Shown here: positions 57,151-64,000 of the stretch, piece after piece
How positions within the stretch are numbered: position 1 is the first letter of the stretch
How the letters are laid out: each line of letters begins with the position of its first letter
DNA from: Candidatus Bathyarchaeota archaeon
GTDB taxonomy: Archaea > Thermoproteota > Bathyarchaeia > Hecatellales > Hecatellaceae
NCBI GenBank assembly: GCA_052246995.1
Contig: JBQPWD010000002.1
Location: 32,001-96,000 of the forward strand
Length of the DNA: 64,000 nucleotides
Reading direction: 5' to 3'
Program-made: the position numbers and the translations under genes
The notes under the pieces: generated by a model
What the model was told of the DNA's origin: nothing
The model's database searches: none
Seen by the model: only the letters and a program-made list of their open reading frames with translations

Positions 57151-58281
57151 ATGGAAATAAACTCTCCAGACAAAAACCTTTTAGTTAAAACTTTAGTTGA
57201 ACTTGTTCAAACACCAAGTTTAAGTTTAAACGAGAAAGAAATTGCTGAAAAAATTTTTAAAATGTTTGAGGAGTTTGGCTACAAACCAAAGATGGATGAA
57301 TACTATGATGTTATAGTTGAAGTTGGCAGTGGAAAGAAAACCATACTTCTAAACTCACATACAGATACAGTTCCACCAGTTGGAGATTGGAGTATAAACC
57401 CTTATGCTGGTAAAGTTGCTGGTGGAAGGGTTTACGGTCTTGGAGCCTCAGACAACAAGTGTGGTGTTGCCGCTATGGTTGAAATTGCAAGAATTTTCAG
57501 TTTTAAACCTCCAAACGGTAAAGTAGTTTTCCTGTTTACAAGTAGAGAGGAAAGCGAAAAGGATGAAGCTAGAAAAGCCTTAATTGGTAAGGTTGAAGCT
57601 AACCTTGGAATATGTCTAGACCACTACATTTCCGCTAAAAACAAGGTTGCTGATATAGTGGTTGGCTGTAAAGGTATAGCCAATTTTACATTAAAAGTTT
57701 ACGGGAAAGCATACCACTCATCAGAACCTGAAAAAGCTGTAAATGCAATTTATAGAGCTGTAGACGTTGTGGAAGCTGTAAAAAAAGCCAAATTTCCGTC
57801 AATATTTAAACCTCTAAAAGAGAAAGCTGTTGCAAGTATAACAAAAATAAGTAGTAATGGTTGGGCTACAAGAATACCTGACCAATGCAACTTAACAATA
57901 AACTATAGAGCTCTACCTAGAGAAAAAAGGGATAAAGCTGAAAAAAGAATTTTTAAACTTGTAAAAGGAGTTTTAAAAAAAGACTTCAACTTAACCTTAG
58001 ACACCTTTCACGAAGGTTACCTTATAAACTTAAAACATGAAGTTGTTAAGGCTGCGGTTAAAACCGCAAAACAAATCAAGTTTAAACCTAAACTATCCAT
58101 AGCTAAAGGCTGGGTTGACGCTGCATTTTTTAACCATACTTTAAACATTCCAACAATCTGTATAGGACCTGGAACTCAAGGTCAAGCTCATGTTAAGGAT
58201 GAGTATGAGGATATAGAAGACCTTTACCATGGAACTTTACTTGTCTACAAAACTGTTTTAAACATTTTAGGTGAAAGTTAA
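57151..58281 (+). CDS. M20 family metallohydrolase (ArgE/DapE-like)
   Basis: NSHTDTVP, GLGASDNK, REE, HSS and AHVKDE motifs. Confidence 0.88.
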   Translation: MEINSPDKNLLVKTLVELVQTPSLSLNEKEIAEKIFKMFEEFGYKPKMDEYYDVIVEVGSGKKTILLNSHTDTVPPVGDWSINPYAGKVAGGRVYGLGASDNKCGVAAMVEIARIFSFKPPNGKVVFLFTSREESEKDEARKALIGKVEANLGICLDHYISAKNKVADIVVGCKGIANFTLKVYGKAYHSSEPEKAVNAIYRAVDVVEAVKKAKFPSIFKPLKEKAVASITKISSNGWATRIPDQCNLTINYRALPREKRDKAEKRIFKLVKGVLKKDFNLTLDTFHEGYLINLKHEVVKAAVKTAKQIKFKPKLSIAKGWVDAAFFNHTLNIPTICIGPGTQGQAHVKDEYEDIEDLYHGTLLVYKTVLNILGES

Positions 58282-58284
58282 AGC

Positions 58285-59226
58285 TTGAAAGTTGCCGTGC
58301 TGGCTGGAGGTACAGGGTCAGCAAAGCTTCTTAGAGGCTTAAAAAAGATAGTTCCAGAAAAAGATTTAACAGTTATAGTTAATGTTGGAGACAACTTTAA
58401 AATTCACGGTCTTACAATATGCCCAGACCTAGACACAGTCATGTACATGTTTGCAGGAATATTGGATAAAAGAAGGGGTTGGGGGGTTAAAGGAGACACT
58501 TTCAACTTTCAAAAAATGCTTAAACGCTACAAGCTGGAAACATGGTTTAACATTGGAGACATGGACCTTGCAACTCACATCTACAGAACAAACCTTCTAG
58601 CTAAAGGCTTAACGTTAACAGAAATTACAAAAATTCTTTGTAGAGCTTTAAACGTTAAAGCAAAAATTCTTCCAGCAACAGACGGCTGGGTTGAAACAAA
58701 AATAAAAACTGTAGATGGAAAGGAAATTCACCTGCAGGAATTCTGGGTTAAAAAACGTGGAAAAGTTAAAGTTTTTGATGTTAAGTACAGCGGCATTGAA
58801 AAGGTTAAAGCAAACTTTGAAGCCTTAAACCTTCTTTCAAAATCTGATGGAGTAATAGTTTGCCCAGCAAACCCTATTACAAGCATAAAACCCATCATCC
58901 TCCTACCTGGAATGCTTGAAGAGTTAAAAAAACTTAAAAACAAGGTTTTAGCAGTTTCACCAATAATTGGAAATTCACCTGTAAGTGGACCAGTTGGAAC
59001 CATCATGAAAGGTTTAGGCTTAACCCCTATTTCACCTCTTAAAATCGCAGAACTATACAAAGAGTTTGCTGGAATTTTTGTTGTTGACAACAAGGATGTA
59101 AAAATTAGGAAAAAAATTGAAAAACTTGGTTTAAAATGTTTAACAACAAACATTTTAATGAAAAATTTTAAAGACGAAGTTAGGCTTGCAAGGTTTTGTC
59201 TTAAAGCTTTAAACCTACCTCCCTAA
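58285..59226 (+). CDS. cofD: 2-phospho-L-lactate transferase (F420 biosynthesis)
   Basis: GGTGSAK, CPDLDTV, GDMDLATH, HLQEFWV and PANP..SI motifs. Confidence 0.93.
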   Translation: MKVAVLAGGTGSAKLLRGLKKIVPEKDLTVIVNVGDNFKIHGLTICPDLDTVMYMFAGILDKRRGWGVKGDTFNFQKMLKRYKLETWFNIGDMDLATHIYRTNLLAKGLTLTEITKILCRALNVKAKILPATDGWVETKIKTVDGKEIHLQEFWVKKRGKVKVFDVKYSGIEKVKANFEALNLLSKSDGVIVCPANPITSIKPIILLPGMLEELKKLKNKVLAVSPIIGNSPVSGPVGTIMKGLGLTPISPLKIAELYKEFAGIFVVDNKDVKIRKKIEKLGLKCLTTNILMKNFKDEVRLARFCLKALNLPP

Positions 59227-59869
59227 ACCTTTTACCCAGAAACTTGGTTGTAAAGTTTTCCTTATCAACCAGGGTAAGCATTTTAAGATCCTCAGGCTCG
59301 TCAACATCAAGCATAATTCCCCATGAAACATAAAGCTTAACCTTTACATTTCTTTTAAAAGCTTCAGCAACATGTCTACGAAAGCTGTTATTCTCGTAGA
59401 ATGTTGGAATAACCCCTGGCGGGTTAAGTAGAAGAAGATTGGTGCCGTCAAACCTTGCTGAAGGAGAAATTGTAATACTTGGCTTTTCCAACCCTAAGCT
59501 GATAGCAATGTTAACATCTTCAGCTGTGATAAGCGGTATATCTGATGGTAATATAAGCAAAGCAGCATTTTCCTCATTTTGAATTTGAACATGGTTTAAC
59601 ACATAGTTTACAGCAGAATTTACCCCAGAATCCCTCTCCTCCTGCAAAACTTCCACATCAAAACCTTTAACAAAATCTAAAACTTCCTTATCCGAACTTA
59701 CAACAAAAGTCCTCCAAACGTTCCTGGCTTGTTTAATCGTGTATAACACATCCCGAAGCATTTCAAGTGTTAACCTACGTCTATCCTCCATTGAAAGTAT
59801 TGTTGAAAGCCTACTTTTAACATTTCTAAGATTTTTAACTGGAATAACAGTATAAACCTTCAAACTCAA
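59201..59869 (-). CDS. cofC: 2-phospho-L-lactate/PEP guanylyltransferase (F420 biosynthesis)
   Basis: VIPVK...KSRLS, PSDIP, GTN and DVDEPEDL motifs. Confidence 0.9.
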   Translation of the reverse strand: MSLKVYTVIPVKNLRNVKSRLSTILSMEDRRRLTLEMLRDVLYTIKQARNVWRTFVVSSDKEVLDFVKGFDVEVLQEERDSGVNSAVNYVLNHVQIQNEENAALLILPSDIPLITAEDVNIAISLGLEKPSITISPSARFDGTNLLLLNPPGVIPTFYENNSFRRHVAEAFKRNVKVKLYVSWGIMLDVDEPEDLKMLTLVDKENFTTKFLGKRFREVGLKL

Positions 59870-59982
59870 CGCTACTTCAACCTAAATCTTTTACATCCCT
59901 AACCCTTAAATCCTACATCAAAAAATATTTTTAATATTAAAGCATTTAATAGGCACTTAATTAACCTTGAGGGTGTAAATCC

Positions 59983-60909
59983 ATGCCTATAAGCGAAACC
60001 AAGTATATATGGTTTAACGGTAAATTTGTTAAATGGAATGAAGCGAAAGTTCATGTTTTAACCCACACACTTCACTATGGCAGCGGCGTTTTTGAAGGTA
60101 TAAGATGCTACAAGACACCTAAAGGTCCAGCAATTTTTAGGTTAAGAGACCATGTAGAAAGGCTTTTTAGGTCTGCCGAGGTTTTCAAGATAAAAATCCC
60201 ATACACGCTGAATGAACTTTCAAAGGCCATTGTTGAAACTGTTAAAGTTAACAACCTGGATGAATGCTACATAAGACCCATAGTTTTCCGAGGTTACGGG
60301 GAAATGGGTCTTAACCCCTTAAACAGCCCAGTTGAGGTTGCAATTGCAACATGGACTTGGGGAGCATACCTTGGAGAGGAAAGCCTTAAAAAAGGTGTCA
60401 GGGTTAAACTTTCACCCTACATCAGAATTCCAAGAAGAGCTTTTCCATCAAACGTTAAGGCTACAGGAGCCTACATAAACTCTATACTTGCTAAGGTTGA
60501 TGCCCTTATGGATGGGTATGATGAAGCCTTGATGTTTGATGAAAACGGGTTTGTTGTCGAAGGTCCAGGTGAAAACTTTTTTATAGTTAAAGATGAAGTT
60601 TTATATACTCCTCCGGATGATTCAGCAATAATCTTAGGCATAACAAGAGATAGTATTATTAAAATCGCAAAAAACATTGGGTACCGAGTTGAAAAGATAA
60701 ACATAGACGAACAGATGCTTTACAACGCAGACGAAGCCTTCTTTACAGGTACAGCAACTGAAGTTGCCCCTATTTGTGAGGTTGACGGTAAAAAAATTGG
60801 TAATGGGAAACCTGGAAAAGTGACACTAAGACTCCAACAGGAATATTTAAAAATTGTTAAAGGTGAAAACCTAGACTATGAGTTTTGGCTAACCTATGTA
60901 AACTACTAA
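59983..60909 (+). CDS. ilvE: Branched-chain amino acid aminotransferase
   Basis: HYGSGVFEGIR, YIRP, KATGAY, EGPGEN and LGITR motifs. Confidence 0.95.
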   Translation: MPISETKYIWFNGKFVKWNEAKVHVLTHTLHYGSGVFEGIRCYKTPKGPAIFRLRDHVERLFRSAEVFKIKIPYTLNELSKAIVETVKVNNLDECYIRPIVFRGYGEMGLNPLNSPVEVAIATWTWGAYLGEESLKKGVRVKLSPYIRIPRRAFPSNVKATGAYINSILAKVDALMDGYDEALMFDENGFVVEGPGENFFIVKDEVLYTPPDDSAIILGITRDSIIKIAKNIGYRVEKINIDEQMLYNADEAFFTGTATEVAPICEVDGKKIGNGKPGKVTLRLQQEYLKIVKGENLDYEFWLTYVNY

Positions 60910-60983
60910 ACTTTTTTAGCTTGTATTATCAACTGTTTGGAGATATAATTTTTAAGTATCAATTTTTATTCTAATTATATTGG

Positions 60984-62381
60984 GTGGTACGAATGAAATA
61001 CGGTGGCCTCCTATCATATATTGCGGGGGTTATCGTAGCTACACTTTTATCTTTAATGTTTAACCTTCAACCAAGCCAGGTAATATCGGTTGTATGCTTT
61101 ATTGGAATAATTCTTGGTGCAATATTTTTCTGGAGGCTTAGGGTTGCATTTGCACTTGCAGGTATAGCCTTAATGCTTTTTACAGGAGTTTTAGATGTAC
61201 CCCACCTAATAGAGTATGCACACTTTGATGTTATACTTTTCCTTGTAGGCATGATGACTATCATAGGTTTTCTTGAGGAGAAAGGTTTTTTCGAATACCT
61301 ATTAAACCTACTTTTCAAGGTTTTTAGTAGAAGCGGTAAACTGCTTTTCTCAGGACTACTTATACTTTCAGCTTTGTTTGCAGCCTTAGTTGACGAAGTC
61401 ACATCAATACTGTTTATTACAGCCTTAACTTTGAGAATAACCAAAAAATACAACCTTGACATTTTACCCATGGTTATAGCAACGGTTATGGCTACAAACG
61501 TTGGAAGCAGCTACACAGTTATAGGTAACCCAATAGGTGTTCTTATAGCGTTTGAAGGAAAACTTACATTTTTAGACTTTATTCGATGGGCAACACCAAT
61601 AGGAATTGTGGTTTTAATTTTAACAATCTTCCTGGCGCTTGTTTATTGGAAGCCTTACGTTAAAGCCTTGAATGATGGAATGAAAACATTAGGTGTGGAG
61701 ATGGAGTCATCAACAAATGGTGGTGGAAAAGTTACTCATAAAACCATGCTTATACCGTGGATTGTTTTTCTTTTAACCATTGGGGGGCTTGCAGTTCACC
61801 ATCCCATTGAAGAGCTTTTACATTTACCTAAAAATAGCTTACTACTTGCAGTCCCAGTTGTTATGGCTGGAGTAGCCCTATTTTTAAGCAGGGAAAAAGC
61901 AAGAGAGATAATTGAGCGCAGGGTTGAATGGTGGTCTCTTGTTTTCTTCATTTTTTTCTTTGCTTGTGTTGGAACATTAGCCTACACCGGGGTAAACAGG
62001 CTTATGGCTGAAGGTATTGTTTCTGCAGCTGGAGCCAATCCCATGCTTATGACAACAGCAATAACATGGACCGCCGGCATTTTAAGCGCATTCATGGATA
62101 ACATTCTTGCAGTTGCCACGTTAATATCCATTGTACATGGGCTTGAAGCCTACGGCTATCACCTATTTCCAGTGTGGTGGGGTCTCCTGTTCGGTGCATG
62201 TTACCTTGGAAACTTAACAATGATTGGAAGCACAGCAAACATTGTAGCATTAGGGATTATCGAAAAGGAGAGGAGAAGGTACATAAACTTTATAGACTGG
62301 CTTAAACCTGGACTTGCAATAGCCATACCTCAGCTTGCTCTTGCAACACTACTACTGCTAACTCAACATTACATGGTTTAA
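60984..62381 (+). CDS. ArsB/NhaD (IT superfamily) ion transporter
   Basis: SALFAALVDEVT, ATNVGS..TVIGNP, SAFMDN and GNLTMIGSTAN motifs. Confidence 0.85.
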   Translation: MVRMKYGGLLSYIAGVIVATLLSLMFNLQPSQVISVVCFIGIILGAIFFWRLRVAFALAGIALMLFTGVLDVPHLIEYAHFDVILFLVGMMTIIGFLEEKGFFEYLLNLLFKVFSRSGKLLFSGLLILSALFAALVDEVTSILFITALTLRITKKYNLDILPMVIATVMATNVGSSYTVIGNPIGVLIAFEGKLTFLDFIRWATPIGIVVLILTIFLALVYWKPYVKALNDGMKTLGVEMESSTNGGGKVTHKTMLIPWIVFLLTIGGLAVHHPIEELLHLPKNSLLLAVPVVMAGVALFLSREKAREIIERRVEWWSLVFFIFFFACVGTLAYTGVNRLMAEGIVSAAGANPMLMTTAITWTAGILSAFMDNILAVATLISIVHGLEAYGYHLFPVWWGLLFGACYLGNLTMIGSTANIVALGIIEKERRRYINFIDWLKPGLAIAIPQLALATLLLLTQHYMV

Positions 62382-62389
62382 AAAACATT

Positions 62390-64000
62390 TTACTGGAAAA
62401 ATTCCAGTTTAGCCTCCCTAGGCATTCCTGTAATCTCATTAAAGCTTAAACCTAACGCATCTAAAACCTGTTCAAACGTTGTTTGAATATGTTCAACATA
62501 CTTTTCCACGTCCACCTCATCCATTCTTGCATGGGTTATAAGTTTAACACCAGGTTCTCTTCTAACTTTAACATACCTAATAACCGACCCAGCGCCAACA
62601 TCAACTTTTTCCTTTTTAGGTAAGAGTTTTAACGCTTTAACATGTTGAGGTGTAGTTTTATCGTAATCTTCAACATCTTTACCTAAAACAACTGTAAAAG
62701 CCAACTCTTCAAGACTGTACTGTCTATTTTTAAGCCTCACATAGCAATCTTTTACAATACTTTTTATTTTTTCTCTTGCTTTATCAAAATCATCCTCACT
62801 TTTAACCTCTCCAAGAATTTTAATCATTTCAACAAAAGTCTTCTTAAGAAACTCAGGAGTATTTCTTTTCTTACCAGTTAAACCTTTAATTTCAACATTA
62901 CCGTCATGGTAAACTCCAATATAGTTCTTTTTTCTTGTTGAAAAAACAGAATACCTATACTGTTTATCAACATCAAGCTCCATTCCAAGAACATTTTTAG
63001 ACCACTCTATAAGAGCTTCAACCTGCTCTTCAGAGGGATTTTTAAGAAACATTGAGTCAGTATCTCCGTAAATTACTTCTATCCCCAACTCCTCCGCCTT
63101 CTTGATTGTTGTTTTTATAGCATATCTTCCAATGCTTGCTGTTGCCTCAGCCACAAGTGGACAGTAAAGAGCAAAATGCTCTGCACCAAAAACACCATAA
63201 GATGCGTTCAGTATTACTTTAAGAGTTCTCTGAACAACAGAATACCACACCCTAACCTCTTCAGGTAACGTTTTATCTTTAGCCTTAGCCTTATACCACT
63301 TTACCCTTAAATCTCTTAATGAACCTATAACTAGACTTGTTAACCCCTGCCTTCTTTTACAAACCCAGTAATTTGTTTCAGGTATAAGGTTGACTTTGCA
63401 TTCTTCATGAGAACATTTAACAGTTTCATAGGAAAGGTTCCACTTTTTAATTATGCTTGGATAGAGGCTGTTAAAGTCTAAAACTACTACACTAAAGTTT
63501 ACTCCAGGTTTAGGTTCAATAACAATAGCCCCTCTATACTTTTTACCCTTAATGATTGAGTGGGTTGATGTTGAACCTTTTACAGCTAAAATTTCCTCAG
63601 ATGATGGTATAAGGTAGTTGTTTCTTCTATGTTCCCAGTACATTAAACTTTTAATCCAGTTTGAAACACTCTGCCTTGAAACATCCTCTAAAATCATTCT
63701 TGTAATTCTTGCTAAAGCTATAATAAGCTTTAGTACAAGGTTTCCATCAAAACTTGCAAGCTTAAAAGTTAACTCTGAATCTCTTAAACAATATGTTGCA
63801 AGCTGCTTATAATCTAACTCTGAAACGTTTTTACTTAACTCAACCTTACCTAAACCAAGAAAAACTAGTGAAATGTCGTGAAGGTTAACCTCCCTATACT
63901 TCTGGTCAAAAGCATAAACCTGAATAGCTTTGTTAAAAAAGAACCTGTAAAGGTCTATGTGAACACTATAGGGAAGGTATGCATATTCTCTAGTTAACTG
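62390..64000 (-). CDS. polB1: Family B DNA polymerase, PolB1 type (begins beyond window end)
   Basis: Frame open from 64000 (HIDLYRFFFNKAIQVYAF..YCLRD); DFNSLYPSII, KVILNASYG and YGDTDS motifs. Confidence 0.93.
   Translation of the reverse strand, partial: QLTREYAYLPYSVHIDLYRFFFNKAIQVYAFDQKYREVNLHDISLVFLGLGKVELSKNVSELDYKQLATYCLRDSELTFKLASFDGNLVLKLIIALARITRMILEDVSRQSVSNWIKSLMYWEHRRNNYLIPSSEEILAVKGSTSTHSIIKGKKYRGAIVIEPKPGVNFSVVVLDFNSLYPSIIKKWNLSYETVKCSHEECKVNLIPETNYWVCKRRQGLTSLVIGSLRDLRVKWYKAKAKDKTLPEEVRVWYSVVQRTLKVILNASYGVFGAEHFALYCPLVAEATASIGRYAIKTTIKKAEELGIEVIYGDTDSMFLKNPSEEQVEALIEWSKNVLGMELDVDKQYRYSVFSTRKKNYIGVYHDGNVEIKGLTGKKRNTPEFLKKTFVEMIKILGEVKSEDDFDKAREKIKSIVKDCYVRLKNRQYSLEELAFTVVLGKDVEDYDKTTPQHVKALKLLPKKEKVDVGAGSVIRYVKVRREPGVKLITHARMDEVDVEKYVEHIQTTFEQVLDALGLSFNEITGMPREAKLEFFQ

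Noticed and set aside
1-64000. CRISPR array or cas genes
   Set aside because: No regularly spaced repeat-spacer run and no cas motifs seen; the 30-bp repeat occurs only twice, 11 kb apart.
62390-64000. Intein or split in PolB
   Set aside because: Frame is continuous and motif spacing is normal in the visible part.

Overview
A low-GC archaeal chromosome segment, most likely TACK and probably Bathyarchaeia. This is inferred from the Cdv/ESCRT-III genes, PolB1, eL13, Cren7-like proteins, and the H4MPT and F420 biosynthesis genes. It is mostly housekeeping and metabolism: porAB, abfD, nfi, ribK/ribL, dph5, hisG, pit, tfb, rpoE1/spt4, acdA, cofC/D, ilvE and polB1. There are three intronless tRNAs (Cys, Ser, Pro) and two unannotated box C/D guide RNAs whose guides match conserved rRNA sequences. 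An ~11 kb accessory island (34.3-45.6 kb) holds six HEPN-MNT pairs, two AbrB-VapC pairs, several pseudogenes and a pentameric ligand-gated ion channel, and a three-gene S-layer-like cluster follows it. The main candidate for an undescribed system is in cell division. cdvA lies about 32 kb from cdvB1-cdvB-cdvC. Directly upstream of cdvA is a 198-aa protein with a Cren7-like zinc-ribbon domain, a winged helix 40% identical to the one in this genome's CdvB, and a C-terminal amphipathic helix. It could link chromosome, CdvA and membrane. An FtsX/FtsE-like pair follows cdvA, and tandem RHH regulators precede the ESCRT-III genes. All calls come from reading motifs by eye; no searches were run.
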